DNA of 64,000 nt from contig JANXDH010000005.1 of assembly GCA_025059745.1 (NCBI GenBank), positions 77,150-141,149 on the forward strand. Reading direction: 5' to 3'. Position 1 is the stretch's first letter. Every line of letters starts with the position of its first letter. Below are positions 1 to 9,425 of this stretch, one piece after another. Position numbers and translations under genes: made by a program. The stretch comes from Aigarchaeota archaeon. Its GTDB lineage: Archaea; Thermoproteota; Nitrososphaeria_A; Caldarchaeales; Calditenuaceae. The notes under the pieces were generated by a model. That model worked only from the letters and a program-made list of their open reading frames with translations. It made no database searches and was not told the DNA's origin.

Positions 1-109
1 GAAAGTCACGAGATATCTGATTTTAGGGGTTATATATCCGTTCTTCAACTGGACTCCGTACCGTTCGCAATTATCTTTTAAATTATCCGGTTGCGCATTA
101 GTTGAATGG

Positions 110-182
110 GCCCGGGTGGCCGAGCGGTCTAGGCGGCGGCCTGCAGAGCCGTTTCACAGGGGTTCGAATCCCCTCCCGGGCT
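110..182 (+). tRNA. tRNA-Cys (anticodon GCA)
   Basis: Cloverleaf read by hand: acceptor GCCCGGG/CCCGGGC, anticodon stem GCGGC/GCCGT, loop CTGCAGA (GCA at 34-36), T-arm AGGGG-TTCGAAT-CCCCT. CCA is not encoded. TTTTAAATTA box about 25-30 nt upstream. Confidence 0.85.
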
Positions 183-230
183 CTTCAAAAATACGTCTTA
201 TAAACCAGGGATCATGCGCATACCTATGAG

Positions 231-893
231 TTGCGCGTCGCCCTTTCCTGGAGCACGGGGAAGGATAGTGCTTTAACGCTACACGAGCTGATCAGTCAGC
301 ATCACGAGGTCGTCTCTCTATTCACAACATTGACAGAGGGTTACCACAGGGTGACCATGCACGGCGTGAGGCGCGAACTCTTACAGGCACAGGCTAGGTC
401 GTTAGGATTGGATCTACTCGAGGTCTGGATACCGCCTAACGCACCGAACGAGGTCTATGAAGAGAGGATGTCCCAGGCCGTCTCGCGGCTGGTCACTGAG
501 TACGGTGTGGAGGCCATCGCGTTCGGGGACATCTGGCTCGAGGACGTACGTCGCTATAGGGAGCAGAAGATGTCGGGGACGGGAGTGGAGCTCTTATTCC
601 CCATATGGGGCAGAGACCCTCTCGATCTAGTGAGAAGATTTCTAGAACTGGGTTACAGGGCCGTGATCTGTGTGGTCGATGGCTCTCAGACCGACCCCTC
701 CAAGATACTGGGCTCGGACCTCAGCCTCGAGCTGGTCTCATCACACGCGATAGATGCAGCGGGCGAGCGCGGGGAGTACCACACCTTCGTCTACGATGGT
801 CCACTTTTCAAGTTCCCCGTGAGGTTCAGTCTGGGTCATAGGGTCGTCAGGGATGACAGGTTCCACTACGTCGATCTAGTACCCGCAATATGA
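231..893 (+). CDS. PP-loop ATP pyrophosphatase of the MJ0570/Dph6 (diphthine-ammonia ligase-like) family
   Basis: TTG start. N-terminal SWSTGKDS PP-loop-like motif and EYHTFVYDGP near the C-terminus, both typical of the family; about 220 aa. Confidence 0.7.
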   Translation: MRVALSWSTGKDSALTLHELISQHHEVVSLFTTLTEGYHRVTMHGVRRELLQAQARSLGLDLLEVWIPPNAPNEVYEERMSQAVSRLVTEYGVEAIAFGDIWLEDVRRYREQKMSGTGVELLFPIWGRDPLDLVRRFLELGYRAVICVVDGSQTDPSKILGSDLSLELVSSHAIDAAGERGEYHTFVYDGPLFKFPVRFSLGHRVVRDDRFHYVDLVPAI

Positions 894-965
894 CCGCTAG
901 AGTACTCCCAGTAAAGATTTATATTAAACGGAGAAGAGAGATAACTCACAAAAGGTAGAAGAGTA

Positions 966-1388
966 GTGGAAAAGTTAGAGAAGATAGCCAACTTAACCCC
1001 TTATTCACGGGGTGTGAATCTAATAGCGAAGGTCGTATCGAGGTCCGATGTCAAGACGGTAGGTAGCAAGTTCGACCAGAAGCAACACCAAGTAGCGGAG
1101 TTCCTGATAGCCGACGAGACCGGGGCGATATCACTGGTCCTCTGGGACGATAACGTGGGCAAGGTGGGCGAGGGCGATACGATAAAGGTCTCTAACGCCT
1201 TCATAAAGGTCTTCAGGGGCAAGATGCAACTGAACATAGGAAGGTACGGGAGTCTTGAGCGTTATGAGGGTGATATAGAGGAGGTCAACGTAGAGAACAA
1301 CCTCTCGGACCAGCAGGTCAGGACGGAGAGACGCTACGGCGGTGGTTTCAGGGGGAGGCGAGAACGGTTCAACGAGTACCCGAGGTAG
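966..1388 (+). CDS. ssb: Single-stranded DNA-binding protein, crenarchaeal single-OB-fold type with RGG-rich tail
   Basis: GTG start. OB-fold core (..ADETGAISLVLWDD..IKVSNAF..FRGKMQLNIG) resembles Sulfolobus SSB. C-terminal tail RRYGGGFRGRRERF. Confidence 0.8.
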   Translation: MEKLEKIANLTPYSRGVNLIAKVVSRSDVKTVGSKFDQKQHQVAEFLIADETGAISLVLWDDNVGKVGEGDTIKVSNAFIKVFRGKMQLNIGRYGSLERYEGDIEEVNVENNLSDQQVRTERRYGGGFRGRRERFNEYPR

Positions 1389-2682
1389 CCCGTTTTACCC
1401 TCAATAGACCATCACTCTCACCGACGACCTGAACCCTTTCATTCATCTTGACGTCCTCCACAGCTAAGGCCCTCTTATATTCGCCACCGATGAAGACATA
1501 TCCTATGCTGTCCTTGCTGATGTCCTCAACAGCTCTCCCATAAACGCCTTTGACCTCGATAGAGAAGGTCCTCCTCCTCACCACCCTCAGCGCCTTATAG
1601 ACCAAGAAGCCCATCAGCGCTGCTATACCTATCGATACTACTATTAGCGTGTTCATGACGTCTGCAAACCATTGAGGCGATATGAATATCTCTCCTCCAG
1701 GCCCCCGTACGAGGAATATTATGCCCAGTCCCACCAAGGTGATGCCCGCTGCAATAGCTAATCCGATACCGCCTGTATAAAATTCATACAAAGTTAGGAT
1801 AGCCCCTATCGTAATCAACGCGAACCCGATCCAGTTGACGTTGAACCCCTGGCCGACGAGTCCCAATAATATCAACACGATCCCCGCTATCTCTATGCCG
1901 AAGCCAGGCGTGGTTAAGCCCACTACCAACAGCAGCACTCCGAACGACAAGAGTAACCCTGATACCAGCGGGTCGCTGATGACATCGATGAACTGAATCC
2001 TGAAGTCAGGCCTTCGCTCCTCTATAACGACGGCCCTGAGGTTAAGCTTTCTCTCGGTCTTCAACGTCTTCACGGTCATCCCGTCCGCCTTTTCTAACAG
2101 CTCTTGGAGATCGTTCGCGATCAGTTCTATAACGCCCAGTCTCAGCGCCTCCTCAGCCCTCAGGTCATCGTTCTCCGTGATGAACCGCACGGCCTGAGTC
2201 GAGTTCCTCCCGTGAAGTTCGGTGTAGGTCCTCATCCTCTCCACCAAGAAGTTTATGATCTTCGGTTCGCTCGTCGGTTGACCGTCAACTACCGGCTGTG
2301 CCGACCCTATCACGGTGTATGGTGCCATCACAGCGAGACTCGAAGCCATGAGTATGTAGGTACCCGCTGAGAGTGCTTGCCCGCCGGGTGGATAGACGTA
2401 GACGATCACCGGCACCTCAGAGTGCAGGATTCTGTCGATTATCCTGAACATCGCATCTCCCAATCCACCGAATGTGTTGATGATTATGATGACTGCCTCG
2501 TACTGAGACGCTTGAGCTAAATTGATCTCTACGTACTCGGCCTTTGCGACCGTTATCGTACCCTCGACGGTTAGTATAAGGACCTTTCTAGAGGGGGCAG
2601 TATCGCCGTGGGGGAGTGAGGCAACGAGCGTCAGAGCTGATAATAGAAGCAGTGAAAAAATCGCTAGCTTTCTGTAGTTCAA
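1369..2682 (-). CDS. NfeD-like membrane-bound ClpP-class serine protease (stomatin-specific protease type)
   Basis: Signal/TM N-terminus, ClpP-like domain, multi-TM middle and C-terminal OB-like NfeD domain. Overlaps the upstream stomatin gene by 4 nt, the classic operon. Confidence 0.8.
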   Translation of the reverse strand: MNYRKLAIFSLLLLSALTLVASLPHGDTAPSRKVLILTVEGTITVAKAEYVEINLAQASQYEAVIIIINTFGGLGDAMFRIIDRILHSEVPVIVYVYPPGGQALSAGTYILMASSLAVMAPYTVIGSAQPVVDGQPTSEPKIINFLVERMRTYTELHGRNSTQAVRFITENDDLRAEEALRLGVIELIANDLQELLEKADGMTVKTLKTERKLNLRAVVIEERRPDFRIQFIDVISDPLVSGLLLSFGVLLLVVGLTTPGFGIEIAGIVLILLGLVGQGFNVNWIGFALITIGAILTLYEFYTGGIGLAIAAGITLVGLGIIFLVRGPGGEIFISPQWFADVMNTLIVVSIGIAALMGFLVYKALRVVRRRTFSIEVKGVYGRAVEDISKDSIGYVFIGGEYKRALAVEDVKMNERVQVVGESDGLLRVKRATSGTR

Positions 2683-3479
2683 CTTTCCCTCTTCTTCGTC
2701 ACACCTAGGGTAGCTCCTAGGACGCTACCCAGTTGAGAACTCTCCGTCACTATTATGAGGTTCTTCTCCCTAGCGATCTCTGCCCAAGTCTGTAGCTCCC
2801 TCAACCTCAAAGCCTGAGGAGTCCTAGCGTAGTAAGATGCGGCCTCCTCCATCTTCTCCGCTGCCTCCCTCTCGCCCTCAGCCATTATTATCCTGCTTCT
2901 GCGTTCCCTCTCGGCCTCTGCTTGCTTTGCAATCGCCCTCTGCATCCCCTCAGGTATTATGACGTCCTTGATCGATACAGATATGACCTTGATGCCCCAG
3001 GGCTCGGTGGCCTCGTCGATGATCGATTGAAGGCGCTTGTTCAGCTCGTCCCTCCTCGCCAAGAGGTCATCGAACTCTACCTGACCTATCACGTCCCTCA
3101 GCGTCGTCTGTGATAGCAGGCTAGTGGCGACGAAGTAATCCCTTACCCTCATTATGGCGGCTATTGGATCCTGGACCCTGAAGTAGACGACCGCGTCCAC
3201 GTCGACCGTCACGTTGTCCTTGGTGATGATCCGCTGCTTGGGCACGTCGAGGGTGACGACCCTCAGGTCCACGAACCTCGGTGAGTCGATGAACGGTATG
3301 AGCAATATCAGGCCGGGGCCCTTACTCCCTAACAGACGCCCTAGCCTCAACACCACCACCCTCTCGTACTCTTTCACGACCTTTAGAGCCGCGGAGAGTA
3401 TAGCGATAAGGAATATGATCAGGATTATTAATCCTACTATAGTACCCGCATTGATCTGCATAGAGACGAGTTCAATCAT
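2679..3479 (-). CDS. SPFH/band-7 stomatin-like protein
   Basis: N-terminal TM followed by an SPFH domain (VKEYERVVVLRLGR.., ..AEAERERRSRII..). Paired with NfeD downstream. Confidence 0.85.
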   Translation of the reverse strand: MIELVSMQINAGTIVGLIILIIFLIAILSAALKVVKEYERVVVLRLGRLLGSKGPGLILLIPFIDSPRFVDLRVVTLDVPKQRIITKDNVTVDVDAVVYFRVQDPIAAIMRVRDYFVATSLLSQTTLRDVIGQVEFDDLLARRDELNKRLQSIIDEATEPWGIKVISVSIKDVIIPEGMQRAIAKQAEAERERRSRIIMAEGEREAAEKMEEAASYYARTPQALRLRELQTWAEIAREKNLIIVTESSQLGSVLGATLGVTKKRES

Positions 3480-3647
3480 TCACGTGGAGGACGCATCACC
3501 CAAATATATATCTAACCCCTCTTATCCTAACCGACCAATGCAGGAGGAGAGGGAGATATTCAGGTAACATGCGGAGAACTCTTGGGGAATATGCATGCGC
3601 ATCTCGATCCGCAAAGTAATTAGCGCGTCACTCGCACATGGACCGGT

Positions 3648-4400
3648 GTGAGTTCGTCAGACAGAGCAGAGACCTTCATCGCGTACTCGAGGGTCAGGGA
3701 GGTGATCGAGGCGATGGAGGAACTGTCGTTGAGACCGGATGAGGCCGCAGAGATACTGAGGGCGACCGGTAGGATCGCAACTCACGGAGTTCACCCACTA
3801 CTCGAGTTGGCCGCGTTGGGAAGGCTATTTCTAACGGTAATGGGCTCGAACCAAGCGTCATTTGCGGACCTCGACGCCCTCGTCTCCCAGGTCAGGTCAT
3901 CAGGGGACGTCGTGGTGGACCGGAAGGTCGAGAAGGCCTTGATAGGGAGGGCTAGGAGAATTTTAGCCAAAACCGTCTCTGAATCGCTGAAAGAACTGTT
4001 TGTACCCCGATGGGTCTTCGACTCGCTCGAGAGGGAGTTGAGGTCATCCTACGAGAGGCTGAGGCATAAGGAGTTCGAGATAGAGAGGTTGAAGCGCATC
4101 ATAAAGTCGAGCATCGGCGGAGAACAAGAGGCTAGGTTGTACGTGGCGACGGGACTGCTAGAGGAGTACCCCGCTGGACTCTCGGACACGAGGGCTCAGT
4201 TGATCTGTCCATGGTGCAAGGAGCTCAACCTCATACGACTCCCGACGAGAGGTGAGGTCGAGGCTACCTCGAAGGGTGGATGGACCTTCAGGCTTCATTG
4301 TCAGGGGTGCTCTAAGACCGTTGACCTGTCGCCGAGTGAGGTGCTGGTGCTGCTCGATGAGACTAAGAAAGGAAAGTCCTATATAATGAACCCCCCGTAA
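3648..4400 (+). CDS. Hypothetical protein with coiled-coil region and C-terminal CxxC...CxxC zinc ribbon
   Basis: GTG start. CPWC...CQGC motif near the C-terminus. No family recognised. Confidence 0.5.
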   Translation: MSSSDRAETFIAYSRVREVIEAMEELSLRPDEAAEILRATGRIATHGVHPLLELAALGRLFLTVMGSNQASFADLDALVSQVRSSGDVVVDRKVEKALIGRARRILAKTVSESLKELFVPRWVFDSLERELRSSYERLRHKEFEIERLKRIIKSSIGGEQEARLYVATGLLEEYPAGLSDTRAQLICPWCKELNLIRLPTRGEVEATSKGGWTFRLHCQGCSKTVDLSPSEVLVLLDETKKGKSYIMNPP

Positions 4401-4408
4401 GACTGAGG

Positions 4409-4480
4409 GGGCCGGTAGATCAGCGGAAGATCGCCCGCCTCGCACGCGGGAGGTCCGGGGTTCGAATCCCCGCCGGTCCA
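4409..4480 (+). tRNA. tRNA-Ala (anticodon CGC)
   Basis: Acceptor GGGCCGG/CCGGTCC with the G3:U70 alanine identity pair. Anticodon loop CTCGCAC. T-arm CGGGG-TTCGAAT-CCCCG. A TATATAA-like box lies inside the 3' end of the upstream CDS, about 25 nt upstream. Confidence 0.9.
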
Positions 4481-5866
4481 TCAGTTCGAGTACTTGTGGA
4501 GGTACCTTTTGATTCCCGGCCTCCTTCTGAGGGCCTCCTGGGTCATCCTCCTCACCTTGCCGTAGACTTTCGACTCGAAGAATGGTTTATCGAACGCCCC
4601 GAAACACCAGCTTATCCCGAGATAACTGTTTGGGTCCACTCCGTCGAGTCCGTACTTGTCGTTCAGGTAAACGGCGCACTCAAAGGCCATCTGTGGGTGC
4701 TCAGTCCACTCGATGATCTTTTTGCACCAGTACATCCTCATGTAGTTGTGAATCTTCCCAGTGGTCAGCAGCTCCCTCTGGGCTGCGTTCCAGTACTCGT
4801 CGTGTGTCTCGCCCCTCTCGAGCTCCTGTATGGTGTAAGTGTGTTCTCGTCTATCGCTGGAGTGAGCCTCAAGCGTCCCCCTCGCCCACCCAGGTAGGCC
4901 ATCGTAGGTGCCGAAGTAGGGGTTATAGACCGCAGCATTACGAGCTAACTCCCTCCAGACCACAAGCTCGTTGATGAAACTCTGGACGTTAACATCTTCT
5001 AAACTACGCTTCATCAGGACTACGCGCAGTATCTGGACGGGAGAGGTCATTCCCCACCTGAGATAGGGGCTGAGTTCAGAGCAGACCTCGGCTCCGGGGT
5101 CAGAGCGGTTTCTCGCGTAGAGGTCCAACCTCTCGTTAACGAAAGTATCGAGACGACGAGATGCCTCGTCCTCTCCCCCAACGAAGTATCCCACGGGCCT
5201 GACGGTGTGATCTATCTCTAAGCCCTTTACGTACTCCTCGACGGTATCCGCGTCCCAGCTCGGGAGGTCAATGGAGAGCGACGGGACCTTTGGCGGTATC
5301 GCGGGTAACTCCTCTAGGAACCTCTTTAATTTCCCCAAGATCTTCGGCCTGATGGTCCTGGCGAAGTGTTCTGGCCTTTGAGATGCCGCCTCTATGGGGA
5401 CTACCACATCTCCCTCAACCATGACGACCTTGGACTCTGCGTTCTCTACTATGGTATCGATAAACCTCCTCTGGTGAGAGAGATATGGTCTATCGACGAC
5501 CACGAGGGACGCTTCCCCCAGCAATGACAAGAACCCGTAGTTCTTGCATACAAACATCCTGACGCCTCTCTCAGCCAACGCTCGCCTCATCTTTATCAGG
5601 TTCTCGAGCATGAAACTAAACCTCCTTAGGTTAGGGAACGGCTTCTTCTCTATCAGCGGGAAGACCACTATGACCGGTCTTCGATGAAGGTTAGCTTCGT
5701 GTATTGCGTACTCCAGAGCGTAGTTATGGCTGACTCGGTGCGATGCGTACATGACATATACTATTAAGTCCCCTCTCTCGGCGTCCTGCCCCTCCCTGAG
5801 AACCTTGATTCGCTCGGCGTTAATGAATCGCGGTACGATTTCCACAGAGACTATGCCTGTATTCAC
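4481..5866 (-). CDS. phr: Deoxyribodipyrimidine (CPD) photolyase, class II
   Basis: Class II features: N-terminal YVMYASHRVSHNYALEYA; C-terminal FAD-binding region NELVVWRELARN..IHNYMRMYWCKKI. Confidence 0.85.
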   Translation of the reverse strand: MNTGIVSVEIVPRFINAERIKVLREGQDAERGDLIVYVMYASHRVSHNYALEYAIHEANLHRRPVIVVFPLIEKKPFPNLRRFSFMLENLIKMRRALAERGVRMFVCKNYGFLSLLGEASLVVVDRPYLSHQRRFIDTIVENAESKVVMVEGDVVVPIEAASQRPEHFARTIRPKILGKLKRFLEELPAIPPKVPSLSIDLPSWDADTVEEYVKGLEIDHTVRPVGYFVGGEDEASRRLDTFVNERLDLYARNRSDPGAEVCSELSPYLRWGMTSPVQILRVVLMKRSLEDVNVQSFINELVVWRELARNAAVYNPYFGTYDGLPGWARGTLEAHSSDRREHTYTIQELERGETHDEYWNAAQRELLTTGKIHNYMRMYWCKKIIEWTEHPQMAFECAVYLNDKYGLDGVDPNSYLGISWCFGAFDKPFFESKVYGKVRRMTQEALRRRPGIKRYLHKYSN

Positions 5867-5922
5867 CAGATAAAAAGGCTCCGATCGTCGCTAAAGATTA
5901 TTGAGTCACCCTCGTAATCGTC

Positions 5923-6768
5923 TCACGGGAAGAACCTGATGACCTTGTAGTTGACTAAACCGAGCCACAACAGGCCTCCTAGAGAGAAGTTGACGTAGGG
6001 CAGGACCCAGTAGACTCTGTTTATGTCCAGTTTGAGTATGAGGACGGAGAGCGGAATGAAGACGTAGATCAGCGACAAGAGACTGAGCGGATGAAACCCG
6101 GTGAGGGTGATCGCGAAGTAAACGAGACCAACCCAGAATAACGTCACTAAAATTAAAGACACGTTCCGTCCCAGTAGGACCGGCGTCGTGATTATCCTTG
6201 ACTTTCTGTCGTATTCGATATCCGGTACCGCTGAGAATATGTGCATGGCCGCAACGTGGAGGAACGCTGCTATGAGCACCGATGATTCAGGTAACTTACC
6301 TGAGGCTATGTAGTGGCCGAATATCCCCGGCATTATGTAGAGGTAGTTCGAGGAGAAGTCGATGAACGGTATACTCTTGAATCGGAGTGGGGGAGCGCTG
6401 TAAAAGATGGAGAGGAAGAGAAAGCCCGCAAAGAGCAATCTGGCGAACCCATCCTGAAAGAGCATCAAGAGGAGACTCAACGCGATCACTCCGATGAGCA
6501 GTCTCTTCAGTCTGGTCCTCCTCTCGCCTATGGCTACGAGCTCCTTCTCCGTCTTCTTGGGGTTCAGCACATCGGTTGAGAGGTCGTAGTAGTCGTTGAT
6601 TCCATAGATCAGAACGTTGGCGGGAATGAAGAAGTAGATCAGGTAGATGTAATACTCAGGTCTGAGGAAGTCGTTGAAGCCTGAAGCACCGAGAGTATAA
6701 CCAACCACGTAAGTCCCGGCAGCGTATATCCAGAACCTGAAGCGCGATATTTTTAGAATCTCTACCAC
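5923..6768 (-). CDS. UbiA-family prenyltransferase, possibly a carotenoid (lycopene-elongase-like) prenyltransferase
   Basis: Multi-TM protein with Asp-rich motifs NDYYDLSTD and DIEYD. The ATG ORF (to 6897) overlaps crtB by 121 nt. An in-frame GTG at 6768 lies 8 nt after the crtB stop, so it is taken as the likely start (uncertain). Confidence 0.7.
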   Translation of the reverse strand: MVEILKISRFRFWIYAAGTYVVGYTLGASGFNDFLRPEYYIYLIYFFIPANVLIYGINDYYDLSTDVLNPKKTEKELVAIGERRTRLKRLLIGVIALSLLLMLFQDGFARLLFAGFLFLSIFYSAPPLRFKSIPFIDFSSNYLYIMPGIFGHYIASGKLPESSVLIAAFLHVAAMHIFSAVPDIEYDRKSRIITTPVLLGRNVSLILVTLFWVGLVYFAITLTGFHPLSLLSLIYVFIPLSVLILKLDINRVYWVLPYVNFSLGGLLWLGLVNYKVIRFFP

Positions 6769-6776
6769 GATCTCAG

Positions 6777-7661
6777 TCAGGTACAGGAGGCAGCACCCCA
6801 GGGCAGCTTGTAACGGATCGCGCAGACGAGGTTCGCGTACGCCTTGTAAACTATCTGAGACCTCTGGGGTTTTACCTTCCTCTGGAAAACGATCCACGGA
6901 TTCCTGTAAATTATCTTTGCGGTATCTTTGTACATGTCCGATGCCGTCTTTATCGGGATCAAATAACGATAGGGGATGTAGATGTAGCCTCTCTCAGCGA
7001 ACCTCTGCCACTCCAAGTACCTCTTTATCTGCTCGCGGATGAATCTACTAAACGCCTCCCGTCTCTGAGAGAAGTACTTTGGATCTAAACTGTTCAGTCC
7101 GTACCTCCTCAGGTCCTCGAGCGGTAAGTACTGCCTACCCAACTCAAGGTCCTCTTGGACGTCCCTGATGAAATTGATGTACTGCATGGCTCTCCCCTGA
7201 TGACGCGCATATATGAAAGACTCCTCACTTAAACCCAGTATCCTAGCCATGAAGAGACCGACGACCTCCGCAGAGCCATACATGTAGTGTAACAGTTCGT
7301 CTAGCGTACTATAGGTCTTCTTGTAAAGGTCCATCTCCATCGCGTCGAGGAATGCCATCACCCACCTAGTATCGAAGTTTCTCTCCCTTGACAGATCTAA
7401 AAAGTTCTTGATCACGACGTCCTTGGTCTCCCCACTACTCTCCGCCTTCTCATACTCGCGCCTGAACTCATAAAAGCCCTTGACGTCCGGGGGCACTCTA
7501 TCGACGAAGTCGTCTGCTTTTCTCAGGAACGCGTAGAGCTTGAAGACGTTCGTCCTGACCTCTGGCGGAAAGAAGAGAGCCGAATTGAAGTAGGTCATGC
7601 TACCCTGTTTGAAGATCCTGTAGATCACCGGGTCAACGGGCACCCAATCTCGGTTTAACAC
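6777..7661 (-). CDS. crtB: Phytoene synthase (squalene/phytoene synthase family)
   Basis: Motifs YAFLRKADDFVD, YGSAEVVGLFMARILG and INFIRDVQEDLELGRQYLP. 1-nt stop/start overlap with crtI. Confidence 0.85.
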   Translation of the reverse strand: MLNRDWVPVDPVIYRIFKQGSMTYFNSALFFPPEVRTNVFKLYAFLRKADDFVDRVPPDVKGFYEFRREYEKAESSGETKDVVIKNFLDLSRERNFDTRWVMAFLDAMEMDLYKKTYSTLDELLHYMYGSAEVVGLFMARILGLSEESFIYARHQGRAMQYINFIRDVQEDLELGRQYLPLEDLRRYGLNSLDPKYFSQRREAFSRFIREQIKRYLEWQRFAERGYIYIPYRYLIPIKTASDMYKDTAKIIYRNPWIVFQRKVKPQRSQIVYKAYANLVCAIRYKLPWGAASCT

Positions 7662-9214
7662 TACCTCATCACCTCCCTCCTGATCTTCTCGCGAACTATC
7701 TCGGCGGATATCAGGACCATCGGTACGCCAATTCCCGGATGGGTGTACTGACCTGTGTAGTAGAGGTTCTTGACCTTGGCACTCCTGTGTCTCGGTCTCC
7801 AGAAGGCAGTCTGTCTTAGGGTGTGCGCGAGACCAAGCGCGGATCCCCTGTACGAGTTGAAGCGCGATGAGAAGTCCTGAACGCTGAAGAACCTCTTCAC
7901 GACGATCCTATCCTCGATCCGGTCCCCCGTCTTCCTCTCAAGATCCCTCAGAACGTTCGTAAAGAGCCTCCCGCGTTCCCTCTCACCGTCCTCGAGACCC
8001 GAGGCCACGGGTATCAGGAGGTATACGGCCTCTCCGTCCTTAGGTGCTGCTGAGGCATCGGTCTTGGAGGGGACATGAACGTAGTATGAGGCGTAATCTG
8101 GCCACCTTGGGCTCCTGTCATCGAAGATCTGTCTGAAGTTCTCGCTCCAATCGCGCTCTAATACCACGTTGTGGTTTATCAGATTGTCGACCTCCCCCCT
8201 CACACCCAAGAACGCTAACAACGCGGACGGCGTAAAGGTCTTCCTCTCCCAGTAACGTGAGTCGTAAGTCCTGTGAGCATGGTCTAGGAGTTTAGTCTCG
8301 AAATAAACGTAATCGCCGTTGACTACCACGACGTCCGCATCTAGCGAGTGGCCGTCCGCGTAGACCCTCCGTACCCTTCCACCCGTGACTTCTATCTTCT
8401 TGACCTCGGATCCCAATATGAAGTCGACCCCATAAGATCTGGCAAGTCCGTATATCGCCTCGACCACTCTCCTGATACCTCCAATAGGGTGATAGACGCC
8501 GCCTATCAGCTTCACGTAGTTGAGCAGAGAGTAGAAAGACGGACACCTAGAGGGTGGAGTGCCGATGAAGCCGATCGAGTAGAGTAAGATCTTCCGCGCC
8601 TTATCGCTCTTGAACGTCCTTTTAACGTAACTCTCGACCGATTCAAAGATGTTGATCTTTATACCCTGTAAGAATATCTCGCGGTTAAAGATGCTCAGTG
8701 GAGAGTCAAGGTCGAGGTAGAGGGTCCTTTTGATGCTCTCGTAGAGCTCCTCACCCTTGGCTAGAAACCTGCGAAGCTTAGCACCACCGTCCTCCTCGAG
8801 ACGATCGAACAGGCCGTACACCTCCTCTACATCCGAGCTTATATCCACGGTCTCACCGTCATCGAAGAAGACTCTGTAACTCGGGTCGAGTCTCTGGAGC
8901 TGATAGAGGTCACCGGGCCTCTTACCGAAATGTCCGAAGTAGCGCTCGAAAACGTCAGGCATGAGATACCACGTGGGGCCAGTATCGAAGTTGAACCCGT
9001 CCTTACTGAAGGAGCCCGCCCTTCCACCCACCGACTCGTTCTTCTCTACCACGGTGACGTTGTGTCCGTCTTTCGCTAGGAGAGCCGCGACCGCGAGTCC
9101 ACCTACCCCCGCCCCAACGACCAATACGTCTAGGTCCCGATTTCGTCTGTTTTCCTCCGATAACTTATCAGCTGTATCCGGCTCGCTGTCGGCGGCCTCG
9201 ATCATTTGAGACAC
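7661..9214 (-). CDS. crtI: Phytoene desaturase (FAD-dependent)
   Basis: N-terminal dinucleotide fold VLVVGAGVGGLAVAALLAKDGHNVTVVEKNESVGGRA. C-terminal YYTGQYTHPGIGVPMVLISAE, typical of CrtI. Confidence 0.85.
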   Translation of the reverse strand: MSQMIEAADSEPDTADKLSEENRRNRDLDVLVVGAGVGGLAVAALLAKDGHNVTVVEKNESVGGRAGSFSKDGFNFDTGPTWYLMPDVFERYFGHFGKRPGDLYQLQRLDPSYRVFFDDGETVDISSDVEEVYGLFDRLEEDGGAKLRRFLAKGEELYESIKRTLYLDLDSPLSIFNREIFLQGIKINIFESVESYVKRTFKSDKARKILLYSIGFIGTPPSRCPSFYSLLNYVKLIGGVYHPIGGIRRVVEAIYGLARSYGVDFILGSEVKKIEVTGGRVRRVYADGHSLDADVVVVNGDYVYFETKLLDHAHRTYDSRYWERKTFTPSALLAFLGVRGEVDNLINHNVVLERDWSENFRQIFDDRSPRWPDYASYYVHVPSKTDASAAPKDGEAVYLLIPVASGLEDGERERGRLFTNVLRDLERKTGDRIEDRIVVKRFFSVQDFSSRFNSYRGSALGLAHTLRQTAFWRPRHRSAKVKNLYYTGQYTHPGIGVPMVLISAEIVREKIRREVMR

Positions 9215-9425
9215 TATGTTGATTTCGCGTTACGGACTTAAAAACTAGCAACATCTACTCATCCCAGACAATCCCTTTGAAATCAAATACTATAAGAACT
9301 CTGCACAATTGAATACGAAGAATTTTTAATTTGTTTATTTAACCTAAATTAAAATATATTTGAGTGGAGTCAGCAATTGTTGTACAGCATCGCTGAGAGG
9401 GTTCGATATAGTGTGCGGTCAACCA

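Noticed and set aside
214-3602. Palindromic octamer ATGCGCAT found upstream of two start codons (214..221 before the Dph6-like gene, 3595..3602 before the zinc-ribbon hypothetical).
   Set aside because: About one chance occurrence of a given palindromic 8-mer is expected in 64 kb, so two copies are not significant without a wider genome count.
9215-9425. 211-bp AT-rich spacer upstream of crtI as a possible ncRNA or light-responsive operator.
   Set aside because: It contains only generic TATA-like runs and a twice-occurring CAATTG hexamer, with no convincing hairpin or repeat. It is most simply the crt operon promoter plus the terminator of the convergent ABC operon.
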